DNA of 64,000 bases from Thermoplasmatota archaeon (GTDB lineage: Archaea > Thermoplasmatota > Thermoplasmata > UBA10834): NCBI GenBank assembly GCA_040751795.1, contig JBFMHR010000001.1, positions 320,001 through 384,000 on the forward strand, read 5' to 3'. Positions 19,312 through 29,398 of this stretch are shown here, piece after piece. Position numbers and translations under genes: made by a program. Position 1 is the stretch's first letter. Every line of letters starts with the position of its first letter. The notes under the pieces were generated by a model. The model worked only from the letters and a program-made list of their open reading frames with translations. It was not told the origin of the DNA and searched no databases.

Positions 19312-20064
19312 ATGGCCAAGAAGAGGAAGAAGGAGAAAGAGGAGAAGGAGGAGTACGAGTTCACGCCTCCTGACTTCGACGAGAGGGAGTTCCTGCTCAA
19401 GGAGCTCAGGGACACCAAGACCGTCCTGTTCACCGTGGGGTACGCCGCCCTCTTCGGCGTCGCCGCGGGCCTCATCTCCAACCTGGACGAGGGGCTCGTG
19501 ATTGTCGGCCTCGCGCTCGTCCTCGGCGGACTCCTCTCCCTCAGGTACTTCTACCCGCTGATGAGGATAGACGTCTCCGAGTTCCATAAGAAGAACTGGG
19601 CGGGGAACATCGCGTGGTTCTTCTTCACGTTCCTCGCCATCTGGGTCCTGACGTTCAACTTCCCGTTCGCGGACCACGCGAAGCCGTCCATCGGCAGCGT
19701 CACGGTCTGGGTCGACAGCGGCACGAACTTGACCGCCCTCGACTACGAGTACGTGGACTCCGTGGGCGGGTACGTCTGGGTCGGGCGCTGGGGCGAGGAC
19801 CCCGGGGCGACGATCTACGCGTCCGGCTCGTACACGATGAACATCACGGCGACCGTCGCCGACAACGCCGAGCTCACCACCGTGCGCATATCGGTCAACG
19901 GCGGGGAACTCGCGTACATGGCCGCCGAGGGGGACCACAGGTTCGGCCACACCCTCACGGGCGACCAGATAGCCGGAGGGAGCCTGACCTTCACGATCTC
20001 AGCATGGGACGAGGCCGGCCACGAGGCCGTCTTCACGCCCGCGAGCGCCATACCGGTGAACTGA
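19312..20064 (+). CDS. membrane protein with C-terminal beta domain
   Basis: YEFTPPDFDEREFL, three TM segments, genome-typical codon usage. Confidence 0.7.
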   Translation: MAKKRKKEKEEKEEYEFTPPDFDEREFLLKELRDTKTVLFTVGYAALFGVAAGLISNLDEGLVIVGLALVLGGLLSLRYFYPLMRIDVSEFHKKNWAGNIAWFFFTFLAIWVLTFNFPFADHAKPSIGSVTVWVDSGTNLTALDYEYVDSVGGYVWVGRWGEDPGATIYASGSYTMNITATVADNAELTTVRISVNGGELAYMAAEGDHRFGHTLTGDQIAGGSLTFTISAWDEAGHEAVFTPASAIPVN

Positions 20065-21390
20065 TCACCGCTCCCAGGGCGTCCTCTCGTCGAAGTGGTT
20101 CGTCAGCGCCTCCAGGTGCTCCTCGGACAGCATCTCCGGGCCCGTGAGGACCTCGATCTCCCCGACCTTCTTGACGTCCTTGCCGAGGCTCAGTCCGCGC
20201 AGGTTCTCGCGGAGCAGGTCCCCGGCCACCGGGAACTCCCTCTCGGCGACGACGTACCACCGGCCGCGCTCCACGTAGGGCGGCGACAGCCCCTTGGCCT
20301 TCCACTTGGCCAGGAACTCACGCGCGTTCTCGGACTCCTCCGGCGGGCCCCTGTGGAGCCTCTCACGGGGGAGCCTGGCGGACGCCACCTCGACCAGCAG
20401 GTGGGCCAGGCCGTCGACGTGGACGCTCGTGCGCTCGACCTCGAACTCGTTCCTCTCGAGGAGGGCGACCGCCGCGGCGAGGGACTTCCTCAGCTGCGGG
20501 TAGACGACGTCGTCTATGAGGTCGATCCTCGGGAAGGACATCGAGACGAGGTTGTCCAGCCTCGGGCCCGCGGCCTGCCTGACCTTCGCCGGGGGCCACG
20601 CCCTCCTGTCCGGGGGGAAGAAGAAGGCCTCGGAGGGCGAGCGCAGGTACTCCCTGGATGCGCGGATGAACAGCAGGAGGGTCTCCAGCGACACGGCGGA
20701 GGCCACGTTCCTCGAGCCGTCCACCGGGTCTATGAACGTGAGGGGCTCCCGGAACTCCTTGCCCTCGTGGCCCTCGAGCTCGATGTGCTCGCCCCGCTTC
20801 CAGGCGGACGCGGCCTCCAGCACCTCCCTGAAGCCTCCGAAGCGCATGACCAGGAGCTCGCACAGGTACCCGGAGAAGCCCTGGACCTTCGCCTCAGCGC
20901 CGTAGCAGCCCACGCCCTTCATGAACCTCTTGAGGAGCCGGACCTGGTCGGCCCTCCCCCTGCCCAGGTTCTCCTTGACGTACCGGGTGTGGAAGGGGGT
21001 CCTGTCGACGGCGCTCATCTTCCTCCTGGTGTCCCTGACCTTGAAGCACGGCACGAGGTCCACCTGGAAGCCCTTGAACTCCCCGCGGACGTAGGGGTGC
21101 TGGGCGTAGTGCTCCCTGCCCCCCAGGACGGCCTTGCCGATCGCGAGCCCCTTCTCCTTGAGCACCTCCGGCTCCGTGCTCTCCGGGAAGAGCATGAACA
21201 GGTCGATGTCCGGGTCCGTGAGGTGGGTGCCCTTGGCCACCGACCCCACGAGCATCAGCTCGACGTGGGCGTCGGCGCGCCTCGCCTCCCTTGAGACCTT
21301 CGCCTCGAGGGCCTTGACGGCGGACATGACCTTGGCGTCCTCGGCCTTGGTCGGCTTGACCCTCCTGAGGACATCCTCCTCGACGGGCAT
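20065..21390 (-). CDS. cca: archaeal class I CCA-adding enzyme
   Basis: GSVAKGT...DIDLF, YAQHPYV, VDRTPFH, GFSGYLCEL, DPVD..RNVA. Confidence 0.96.
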   Translation of the reverse strand: MPVEEDVLRRVKPTKAEDAKVMSAVKALEAKVSREARRADAHVELMLVGSVAKGTHLTDPDIDLFMLFPESTEPEVLKEKGLAIGKAVLGGREHYAQHPYVRGEFKGFQVDLVPCFKVRDTRRKMSAVDRTPFHTRYVKENLGRGRADQVRLLKRFMKGVGCYGAEAKVQGFSGYLCELLVMRFGGFREVLEAASAWKRGEHIELEGHEGKEFREPLTFIDPVDGSRNVASAVSLETLLLFIRASREYLRSPSEAFFFPPDRRAWPPAKVRQAAGPRLDNLVSMSFPRIDLIDDVVYPQLRKSLAAAVALLERNEFEVERTSVHVDGLAHLLVEVASARLPRERLHRGPPEESENAREFLAKWKAKGLSPPYVERGRWYVVAEREFPVAGDLLRENLRGLSLGKDVKKVGEIEVLTGPEMLSEEHLEALTNHFDERTPWER

Positions 21391-21522
21391 CGGGTGGGGG
21401 ATTCGCACGTGAGGTAATAAATTGGGAGGCACGGGGCAGCTGAACGACGTGCGACGATAATCGGAGTCGCGCGCGGAGCGCAACAGCGCGCACGCGCAAG
21501 AGGACGGAGGAAGGAGGGCTGA

Positions 21523-21602
21523 GGTGTCTTTCGGTTGGTGTGGTGGGGATTGTTAGAATCTATGCTTAGGAGGAAAGTTGAGCCACCAACCTAAGACACC
21601 AT
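21523..21602 (-). ncRNA. candidate hairpin sRNA
   Basis: Nested inverted repeats GGTGTCTT/AAGACACC and GGTTGGTG/CACCAACC; AT-rich; TATA-like element upstream and pyrimidine tract downstream on the minus strand. Confidence 0.4.
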
Positions 21603-21690
21603 CAATGCCCAGCCTGGTCTTGCTATATGATGGTTTCCAGGATACCATCCAGCGTGACGGCGAGGGGGCCCCCGGCCGTCGGCCGGGTGG

Positions 21691-22047
21691 TCAGAGCCCG
21701 TCCCGGATTGAGGATGACTGGATGTTGTAGGAGGCTATGGTGTCCTCGAGGTCCTGGAGGAAGACCTCGTCGGTCTCGGAGAGGCTTACGAGTTCCGTAC
21801 GCCCACCTCCGATATACAGCACGACGAGCATTTTCCCGTTCGAATATAGTTCGGCGAATCCGAAATCCGCGGAGGGGGAGGACATGTTCCTCCCGAAGGA
21901 GAGGCCGCACTCCCGCGCAATGTCGTCGAACAGCGGCCTGAGGGCGGCGGGCGCCTCGCGGGTGCGTATGACCGCCAAGGACATCCTCGACCTCCCGCAG
22001 AACGCCTTGACCTTCTCGAGGTCCTCCCTGCTCAGCTCCGGGGCCAT
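21691..22047 (-). CDS. hypothetical protein
   Basis: Globular-looking 118-aa ORF with ATG start; no recognisable motif. Confidence 0.6.
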   Translation of the reverse strand: MAPELSREDLEKVKAFCGRSRMSLAVIRTREAPAALRPLFDDIARECGLSFGRNMSSPSADFGFAELYSNGKMLVVLYIGGGRTELVSLSETDEVFLQDLEDTIASYNIQSSSIRDGL

Positions 22048-22179
22048 GCGCCGCGCCTATCCCCGACGCCTTAGATAACCGTATCGCAGTCCCCGTGGGG
22101 TGCGCGGGCGTGCGCCGCCCGCACACGATATTCTTATTACCTGACATGCCGATTGCTGCGCAGTCAGGGATGGGAAAGG

Positions 22180-22314
22180 ATGTGTTCTGAGAAGGACTGC
22201 CAGATATTCCGCGGCATGATCACCGCGTGCGACATGTGCAGGAAGATGCCCAACGCCTCGTCACCGAGGCTCCTCTCCGCCTGCGACGCGCCCGCGCCGC
22301 CCGGCCCCCGCTGA
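22180..22314 (+). CDS. possible 44-aa Cys-rich microprotein
   Basis: MCSEKDCQIFRGMITACDMCRKM...; purine-rich SD-like upstream. Confidence 0.3.
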   Translation: MCSEKDCQIFRGMITACDMCRKMPNASSPRLLSACDAPAPPGPR

Positions 22315-22318
22315 GGCG

Positions 22319-23131
22319 CTACTTCTCCGGCACCGGCTTCAGCCTGTCCAGGACCTCGATCCCGTCCTTCCCGAACTCGAGGCACATGTAGTCTCGGGCC
22401 GCCACGGTCCTCACGCCCGAGCTCTCCTCGATCCACTTCGCCTGCGTCTCCGGGTTCTCCTGGATGACCCGCATGCCGAAGTGCGTGATGACCGCGAGCT
22501 CCGGCTTGACCTTCTCGATCAGGTAGCCGGCGTCCTCCGTGCTCAGGTGGTGCGGGATGCGCTGGCCCAGCGGCCTCGTCACGCACGCGACCAGTATCCG
22601 CGCCTTCTTGTGAGCCTTGATCACTGGCTCGAGCAGCTGGGTGTCGGAGACGTAGGACAGCATCCCGCCCGAGGTCTGGATCCTGAAGCCCACGGAGGTG
22701 GAGTCGGAGTGCGCCGAGGGCGTCGCCCAGACCTCCAGGGGCTTCAGCGTTACCTTCGAGAACGGCTCCATGACCTTGACGTACTTGGGCTTCGACTGGT
22801 GGTACTTCGATATCGCCGGGCCGTAGCCGTCTCCGCCCTCGATGACGCTCTTGCTCCCTATCAGGAGGCCCTGCCTCCTCGTCCCCCCTTCCGTCATCGC
22901 CTCTATGAGTATCTCCGCGTCCATGTAGTGGTCCGGGTGGCAGTGCGACACGAGTATGGCGTGGGTCTGCAGCGGGTCGATGCCTATCGAGCGCATCCTC
23001 ACCAGCGCCCCGGGCCCCGGGTCGATGTGGAGGTTCCTCTCGTCCTCGACGTATATGCCCCCGGTCGCCCGCGCCTGGTATATGGTGGCGAACCGTCCCC
23101 CGCCAGTCCCCAGGAACGTAATCCTGACCAT
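22319..23131 (-). CDS. MBL-fold metallo-hydrolase
   Basis: FLGTGGG, IDPGPG, SHCHPDH, SDT, ITHFG. Confidence 0.88.
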   Translation of the reverse strand: MVRITFLGTGGGRFATIYQARATGGIYVEDERNLHIDPGPGALVRMRSIGIDPLQTHAILVSHCHPDHYMDAEILIEAMTEGGTRRQGLLIGSKSVIEGGDGYGPAISKYHQSKPKYVKVMEPFSKVTLKPLEVWATPSAHSDSTSVGFRIQTSGGMLSYVSDTQLLEPVIKAHKKARILVACVTRPLGQRIPHHLSTEDAGYLIEKVKPELAVITHFGMRVIQENPETQAKWIEESSGVRTVAARDYMCLEFGKDGIEVLDRLKPVPEK

Positions 23132-23194
23132 GGCCGACAAACCTTAATGACCGGTCCCCTTAATACCCTTCCGCAGCCAGAGGGGTGAGCCCGA

Positions 23195-24490
23195 CTGTCC
23201 TCGACACTCATCAGGAACGGCCTCGTCGTCACTCAGAACGCGCGCAGGGAGGTCCTGAAGGCGGACGTCCTCGTGAACGGGACGAGGGTCGAGCAGGTGG
23301 GCGAGGTCAGGGGCGAGGCGGACGAGGTCGTCGACGCGTCCGGCTGCCTGGTCATGCCCGGGCTGATCAACTGCCACGCGCACGTCGCGATGGCGGCCAT
23401 GAGGAGCGTGGCCGACGACCTGAGGCTCGACGGGTTCCTCGAGCGCACTTTCGCCATCGATGCGAAGAGGACCGACGCCGACATTGCGGCGGGGGCCGCG
23501 CTCGGGTGCCTCGAGATGGCCAGGACCGGGACCACGACCTTCCTCGACCTCTACTACGCCCAGGACGTCATAGCGAGGAGCTCGGAGGAGGCGGGCCTGA
23601 GGGCCTACCTGGGCTGGGCCGTTCTCGACCAGGAGTTCACCACCCAGAAGGGCGACCCGGTCAAGAACTGCGAGAGGTTCATCATGGCCCACAGGGGGAG
23701 GCCGCTGGTGAAGCCGGTGGTCGCGCCCCAGGGCGTATACGTCTGCTCGGACGAGACCCTCAGGAGGGCCAGGGAGCTCGCGAAGAGGGAGGGCACCTTC
23801 TGCCACTACCACCTGTCGGAGACGAGGCGGGAGGTCTACGAGTTCCAGTCGAAGGCCGGGAAGAGGCCGGCCGAGCACCTCGCGGAGACGGGGTTCATGT
23901 CGAAAGGGGACGTGGCCGCGCACGGGGTCTGGCTCACCATGAACGAGGTCCGCGCGCTGGCGAAGGCCGGGGCCTCGGTCGCCCACTGCCCAACGAGCAA
24001 CATGAAGCTCGCCAGCGGAGGTTGCGCGCCTCTCCCCGAGATGTATGCGAGCGGCGTCAACGTCTGCCTCGGGACCGACGGCGCGTCGTCGAACAACTCC
24101 CTCGACATGTTCCTGGAGATGAAGTTCGCGTCGCTCATGCACAAGAACAACAGATGGGACGCGACGGTCGTGCCGGCGCAGAGGGCCCTGGACATGGCGA
24201 CGGTCGACGCGGCCGCCGCCCTCGGCGCGGCTGAGGACCTCGGATCCATAGAGCCGGGCAAGAGGGCCGACCTGGTCGTCGTCGACTGCGAGGCCCCCGG
24301 GATGACCCCCACGACGGCGGAGAACGCCGTGGCGAACCTGGTCTACGCCTCCCCCAGCCACTCGGTGAGGGACACGATGGTCGACGGCAGGTTCGTGGTC
24401 AGGGGCCGGAGGGCCGTCACGGTCGACGAGGCGAAGGTCCTCGCGGACGCAAGGGAGCAGGCGGCGGCGCTGCTCTCGAGGTCGGGATGA
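23195..24490 (+). CDS. amidohydrolase (MTA/SAH/5'-deoxyadenosine deaminase-like)
   Basis: PGLINCHAH, HYHLSE, AHGVW, HCPTSNMKLASG, GTDGASSNN; N-terminal TLIRNGLVVT requires a CTG start at 23195. Confidence 0.9.
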   Translation: MSSTLIRNGLVVTQNARREVLKADVLVNGTRVEQVGEVRGEADEVVDASGCLVMPGLINCHAHVAMAAMRSVADDLRLDGFLERTFAIDAKRTDADIAAGAALGCLEMARTGTTTFLDLYYAQDVIARSSEEAGLRAYLGWAVLDQEFTTQKGDPVKNCERFIMAHRGRPLVKPVVAPQGVYVCSDETLRRARELAKREGTFCHYHLSETRREVYEFQSKAGKRPAEHLAETGFMSKGDVAAHGVWLTMNEVRALAKAGASVAHCPTSNMKLASGGCAPLPEMYASGVNVCLGTDGASSNNSLDMFLEMKFASLMHKNNRWDATVVPAQRALDMATVDAAAALGAAEDLGSIEPGKRADLVVVDCEAPGMTPTTAENAVANLVYASPSHSVRDTMVDGRFVVRGRRAVTVDEAKVLADAREQAAALLSRSG

Positions 24491-24527
24491 AAAGCGCGGA
24501 AGCGGTTTGAGGGGTTCGGGCCCGGGC

Positions 24528-25631
24528 TCACTTCTCGAGCTTCGAGGCGGTCTTGTCCTTCTTGGCGATCTCGGCGATCTGCTCCGCCTCGATCTTCTCC
24601 CTGGCCATGAGGTCCTCGACGGCCTTCATCTCCCTCCGGAGCTCCTCCGGCCTCGGTATGGGGCCGAGGACGTCGTCGGCCTTGCCGACGGACCTCTCTA
24701 TGTCCGCGAGGTTGACGACCTCCCTCTGCGGGGTCTGCCTGCCGACGCCGAGGTACTCCGATGCGCCCTCGACCAGCCTGGTCAGCTCGAACGGGAATAT
24801 GATCTTCGTAGCCTGGCCGTTGCCCACGGACTTGAGGGTGTCGAGCGACAGGACCGTCAGCGCCTTGGAGTCGAGCGGGGCCGCGCCCACCGCGAGGACG
24901 CGCAGCTTCTGCGCCTCGCCCTGGGCCTCGAGTATGATCGCGAGACGCGAGCCCTCGGCCTCGAGGATCTTGGCCTGCCTCAGGCCCTCGGCCTGCAGGA
25001 TGCGGGACTGCTTGTCGCCCTCGGCGTTCAGGATGGCGGCCCTCTTCTGCCCGTCGGCCTTCAGGATCGCGGCCCTCCTCAGCCTCTCGGCCGAGGTCTG
25101 GTCCTCCATGGCGTCCTTGACCTTGCCGGCGGGGTCGACCTCCCTGATCTCGACCGCCTCGACCTTGACGCCCCACTTGTCCGTCGCCTCGTCGAGCACG
25201 TCCCTCAGGTGGAGGTTGATCTTCTCCCTGTTGGACAGGATCTCGTCGAGCTCCATGTCGCCGATGATGGACCTGAGCGTGGTCTGCGCCAGGTATATCG
25301 TCGCGGTGCGGTAGTTGGTGACCTCGAAGAAGGCCTTCTTCGGGTCGATGACCTTGATGTATATGATGGCGTCCACGTTCGTGGGCGAGTTGTCCTTGGT
25401 GATGACCTCCTGCCTCGGGACGTCCATGACCTGCGTCCTCAGGTCGATCTTTATGACCTCGTTTATGAGCGGGCGGACGTAGTTGAAGCCCGGGTTCAGG
25501 AGCCTCATGAACCTGCCCAGGCTCATGTATATGCCCTGCTCGTAGGGCCTCACGATCTTGATGCCGGTGGTCATGATCGCGAACCCCGCGATCAGCACCA
25601 GTATCGCCAGCGCAGTCAATCCTGGATCCAT
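24528..25631 (-). CDS. SPFH/band 7 (stomatin/QmcA-like) protein
   Basis: VRPYEQG, DLRTQV, QEVITKDN, AERLRRAAILKADG repeats. Confidence 0.93.
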   Translation of the reverse strand: MDPGLTALAILVLIAGFAIMTTGIKIVRPYEQGIYMSLGRFMRLLNPGFNYVRPLINEVIKIDLRTQVMDVPRQEVITKDNSPTNVDAIIYIKVIDPKKAFFEVTNYRTATIYLAQTTLRSIIGDMELDEILSNREKINLHLRDVLDEATDKWGVKVEAVEIREVDPAGKVKDAMEDQTSAERLRRAAILKADGQKRAAILNAEGDKQSRILQAEGLRQAKILEAEGSRLAIILEAQGEAQKLRVLAVGAAPLDSKALTVLSLDTLKSVGNGQATKIIFPFELTRLVEGASEYLGVGRQTPQREVVNLADIERSVGKADDVLGPIPRPEELRREMKAVEDLMAREKIEAEQIAEIAKKDKTASKLEK

Positions 25632-25659
25632 TTCCTCTCCTCCTCCTTCGTTCAGTCGC

Positions 25660-26124
25660 CTACTTGGAGCCCTGCTCCGGGAGCTCCTCCACCTTCACAT
25701 GCACGCCCTCGCTCGCCTTGACTATGACCCTCCTGCCCGCGGGTATGGCCACGGTCGAGGTCGCGCTCCATGTGTCGTTCGCTATCCGGACCTTGCCCCT
25801 CATGCTGTCGGGCAGGACCTCCTTCTCGACAAAACCCGTCTGCCCCACGAGGGAGCTCGCCACCGTGGTCTCGGGCGGCACCGGGGGCGCGAGCTTCTGG
25901 TACATCCTGATGGTGATGAAGAACATCGGCACGACCACTATCGCGGCCGTCACGGGGGCGTACCAGGTCAGGAGCCACTCCGGGAAGACCAGGCCGATCC
26001 CGCCCAGGACCAGCAGGACCGTGGCGGGCACGAGTATGAACGACCCCGGGGACGCGGCCTCGGCCAGCAGCATGAGTATGCCTATGATCACGAATGCGAG
26101 CGCCAGTTCCGTGCCCAGAGCCAT
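25660..26124 (-). CDS. NfeD-like membrane protein (short form)
   Basis: Three TM helices plus LVGQTG...GKVRI...WSA OB fold; operon with SPFH gene. Confidence 0.88.
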   Translation of the reverse strand: MALGTELALAFVIIGILMLLAEAASPGSFILVPATVLLVLGGIGLVFPEWLLTWYAPVTAAIVVVPMFFITIRMYQKLAPPVPPETTVASSLVGQTGFVEKEVLPDSMRGKVRIANDTWSATSTVAIPAGRRVIVKASEGVHVKVEELPEQGSK

Positions 26125-26231
26125 GGTTTACACAAAGGCTAGTCCGTATATTAGCCTTCTGTCGGAAGGCCCCGGACGTCGCGCACGCTGGTACATCCTC
26201 CTGAACGCTGGCCAATTCCCCCGACCGCGGC

Positions 26232-26612
26232 TCACCTGAGCCTCATCCTGGCGATGTGGTAGCACCAGAGCCCGTTCCTCATGAGTGCATCGTTGGTGTT
26301 CTGGACCGTGATCCTCTGCGGCTCGGTCCTGTACCTCAGCACCTCTTCTATCGGGTACCCCACGTAGTCGGAGAGCTTCAGAAGCCGCTCGTACGGGAAC
26401 GGCTGCTCGCCGACGAGTATCTGCCGCACGCTCCACCCAGGGTGGATGCGCGACCGGTACCCCATCTCCCGCGCGAGCCTGTTTATGCTCCCCGCCTTCT
26501 CTATACCCGTCTTTATGAACGGGACCCGGAAGGAAGACGCGATCCATATCCGGGTGTCCGCGTTATGAGCCCGGTTCGCAAGGTTGCTACCGTATCCGTC
26601 CGTTGAGCTCAT
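26232..26612 (-). CDS. hypothetical HTH-like protein
   Basis: GSINRLAREMGY...LLKLSDYVGYPIEEVL resembles an XRE-type HTH. Confidence 0.6.
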   Translation of the reverse strand: MSSTDGYGSNLANRAHNADTRIWIASSFRVPFIKTGIEKAGSINRLAREMGYRSRIHPGWSVRQILVGEQPFPYERLLKLSDYVGYPIEEVLRYRTEPQRITVQNTNDALMRNGLWCYHIARMRLR

Positions 26613-26770
26613 ATGAGGGGGTCTATTGTAGGCATATATTATATTTCTTGCCTTGAAGTGTCACGCCGGGAGGGTACCTACCGGCCCCTGCTGGCATCCC
26701 CCGTTGGTACAACCTTCGAAGGGTTGCCATCTTTATCACTTCCGATACCGATACCCCTAGCGGTGTCCGG

Positions 26771-27193
26771 GTGAGCGTTTTCAACAGGAGCATCGCGCTG
26801 GAGACCGCCGCGAGGGACGAGGTCGTCGACGTCACCGAGAGGGTGCAGGGCGTCGTGTCGGATTCGGGCGTACGCGACGGGCTCGCGTGCGTGTTCGTCG
26901 TGGGCTCCACCGCGGCCGTGACCACGGTTGAGCACGAGCCAGGGCTGGTCGCGGACCTCAGGGCCGCCATGGACAGGCTGTACCCCAGGGGCGGGGAGTA
27001 CGAGCACCACCGGCGCTGGGGGGACGGGAACGGCCACTCTCACGTGAGGGCCTCGTTCATCGGCCCCTCCCTGACCGTCCCGGTGGTCGACGGGAGGCTG
27101 CTCCTGGGCACCTGGCAGCAGATCGTGTTCCTGGAGCTGGACGTACGGCCCAGGTCCAGGCAGCTGGCGGTCCAGGTCGTCGGGGAGCCGTGA
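26771..27193 (+). CDS. yjbQ: YjbQ/UPF0047 family protein
   Basis: GSTAAVTTVE, DGNGHSHVRAS, LGTWQQI. Confidence 0.92.
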   Translation: MSVFNRSIALETAARDEVVDVTERVQGVVSDSGVRDGLACVFVVGSTAAVTTVEHEPGLVADLRAAMDRLYPRGGEYEHHRRWGDGNGHSHVRASFIGPSLTVPVVDGRLLLGTWQQIVFLELDVRPRSRQLAVQVVGEP

Positions 27194-27253
27194 GAGGGCG
27201 CTGGTCGCAGGGACAACCATATTATACGCGAGGGCGTTGGCCTGCCGATAGCG

Positions 27254-28483
27254 ATGGAGTGCGAGTTCCTGGGGGGCGGGCACGAGGTGGGCCGGCTCGG
27301 CCTCCTCATGAAGACGGACAAGGCGAGGCTGCTGTTCGACTACGGCATGTCAGCGACGGACCCGCCGAAGTACCCTGCGCCAGCGCCGGCGGTCGACCTC
27401 ATGTTCCTCACCCACTCGCACCTGGACCACTGCGGGATGATCCCGTGGGTCACCTCCAGGTACGACATCGACGTCACCGCCACCTCGACCACCAAGAAGG
27501 TCGCAGGGCTCCTCATGGAGGACAGCATCAAGGTCGCGGCCGCCGAGGGCTACCCCGAGATGTACGGCAAGACGGAGGTCAAGCAGGCCCTGGGCAGGTT
27601 CAACGAGGTGGAGTTCGGCGACACCCTCACCAAGCACTCGGTCCACGTGAGGATGCACTCCGCCGGGCACATCCCCGGCGCGACGATGTACGAGGTGACG
27701 GGGAAGAGGACCACGCTCGTCACCGGCGACCTGCACACCCTCGACACGAGGCTGGTCTCGGGGGCCAAGCCGGTCAAGTGCGACAACCTGGTCATGGAGT
27801 CGACCTACTCCGGCAGGAACCACCCTGACAGGCTCAAGACCGAGTACGCCTTCCTCAAGAAGGTCCACGAGGTCGTCGCCAGGGGCGGGAAGGCCATCGT
27901 CCCGGCGTTCGCGGTCGGCAGGACCCAGGAGATCCTCCTCCTCCTCAAGGACAGCAAGCTCGACTACTGGCACGACGGCATGGGCAAGTCCGTCAACAAG
28001 CTGTACCTGGAGGAGCCGCAGCACCTCCGCTCCGCGAAGAGGCTGAGGCAGGCCGTCACCAGGGGCAGGGAGGTCAAGAACTTCCAGGCGCGGCAGAGGG
28101 CGCACGACGGCGAGGTCATTGTCACGACGAGCGGGATGCTGGACGGCGGCCCCGTCGTGAGCTACATAGAGCAGGCGAAGGACGACCCGAGGAGCGCCAT
28201 CCTCCTCACGGGCTACCAGGTCGAGGGGTGCAACGGGAGGAAGCTGCTCGACACCGGCACGATGCAGTTCCACGGCGTGGTCGAGAAGGTCGAGTGCGAG
28301 GTCATGAAGTTCGACTTCTCCGCTCACGCGGGCCACGACGAGCTGGTGGCCTTCGCCAAGGGGTGCTCCCCGGAGAAGATCGTGCTCATGCACGGGGACA
28401 ACCGCGAGCCGCTCGCCCTGAGCCTCAGGAAGGAGGGTTTCGAGGTCCTCCTACCCATGAACGGCGAGAAGTTCGCGCTGTGA
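27254..28483 (+). CDS. beta-CASP MBL ribonuclease (aCPSF2-like)
   Basis: THSHLDH, AGHIPG, MESTY, FAVGRTQE, TSGMLDGG, FSAHA, MHGD. Confidence 0.88.
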   Translation: MECEFLGGGHEVGRLGLLMKTDKARLLFDYGMSATDPPKYPAPAPAVDLMFLTHSHLDHCGMIPWVTSRYDIDVTATSTTKKVAGLLMEDSIKVAAAEGYPEMYGKTEVKQALGRFNEVEFGDTLTKHSVHVRMHSAGHIPGATMYEVTGKRTTLVTGDLHTLDTRLVSGAKPVKCDNLVMESTYSGRNHPDRLKTEYAFLKKVHEVVARGGKAIVPAFAVGRTQEILLLLKDSKLDYWHDGMGKSVNKLYLEEPQHLRSAKRLRQAVTRGREVKNFQARQRAHDGEVIVTTSGMLDGGPVVSYIEQAKDDPRSAILLTGYQVEGCNGRKLLDTGTMQFHGVVEKVECEVMKFDFSAHAGHDELVAFAKGCSPEKIVLMHGDNREPLALSLRKEGFEVLLPMNGEKFAL

Positions 28484-28525
28484 CCCAGATACACTTATTA
28501 GGTCCGAGTCCGCTTTTGCGCGCGC

Positions 28526-29350
28526 ATGCGCCCGAAGATGCACGAATTCCTGGTAGAGGACATCGGCTCAGGCGACGTCACGTCCGAGCTCCTGGTCCCC
28601 GCGGAGATGAGGGCGAGGGGGAGCATAGCCGCCAAGCAGAGGTGCGTCCTCGCCGGCGCGGCGGAGGCGTGCGAGGTCTTCGAGGGGCTCGGCGCGAGCC
28701 CCGTCGCCAAGCGAAAGGACGGCTCGGCCGTGAAGAAGGGCGACGTCGTGATCACTGTCACCGGCCCGGCCAGGGCGCTCCTGGCGGGCGAGAGGCTGGC
28801 CCTGAACTTCATCATGAGGATGAGCGGCATCGCGACCGCCACGAACGACCTCGTCGGGAGGTGCAGGAAGGCGAACCCCGAGGTGAGGGTGGCTGCGACG
28901 AGGAAGACCGTCCCCGGCTTCAGGGAGTTCGAGAAGAGGGCGGTCGTGCTCGGGGGCGGGGACCCCCACAGGTTCGGCCTGGACGACGCGATACTGATCA
29001 AGGACAACCACATCCGCCTCGCGGGGGGCGTGGCCGAGGCCCTGAGGAGGGCGAGGGCCTCGAGCTTCACCAAGAAGGTCGAGATCGAGGTCGAGTGCGA
29101 GGAGGACGCCTTCGCGGCCCTGGAGGGGGGCGCCGACATAGTCATGCTGGACAACTTCGCCCCCGCGGCCGCGAGGAGGCTCTACGCTGAGCTGAAGGCG
29201 AGGTGCCCCGAGGTGGTCGTGGAGGTATCCGGGGGCATCACCCCGGACAACATCGAGGGCTACGCCAAGGCGGCGGACGTGATATCCGTCGGGTGGATCA
29301 CGCACTCGGTGCGGGCGGCCGACTTCTCCATGACCATAGAACGGGCCTGA
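28526..29350 (+). CDS. nadC: quinolinate phosphoribosyltransferase
   Basis: TRKTVPG, HRFGLDDAILIKDNHI, EIEVE, MLDN, SGGI. Confidence 0.96.
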   Translation: MRPKMHEFLVEDIGSGDVTSELLVPAEMRARGSIAAKQRCVLAGAAEACEVFEGLGASPVAKRKDGSAVKKGDVVITVTGPARALLAGERLALNFIMRMSGIATATNDLVGRCRKANPEVRVAATRKTVPGFREFEKRAVVLGGGDPHRFGLDDAILIKDNHIRLAGGVAEALRRARASSFTKKVEIEVECEEDAFAALEGGADIVMLDNFAPAAARRLYAELKARCPEVVVEVSGGITPDNIEGYAKAADVISVGWITHSVRAADFSMTIERA

Positions 29351-29398
29351 GGGCCCATCAGATATTTCTATCGGCCAGGCGCTCCGTGATGCGTTGAC

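Noticed and set aside
21568-21582. GAGGAAAGT resembling RNase P RNA CR-I
   Set aside because: No GTCC continuation or P4 partner, and the region is too short
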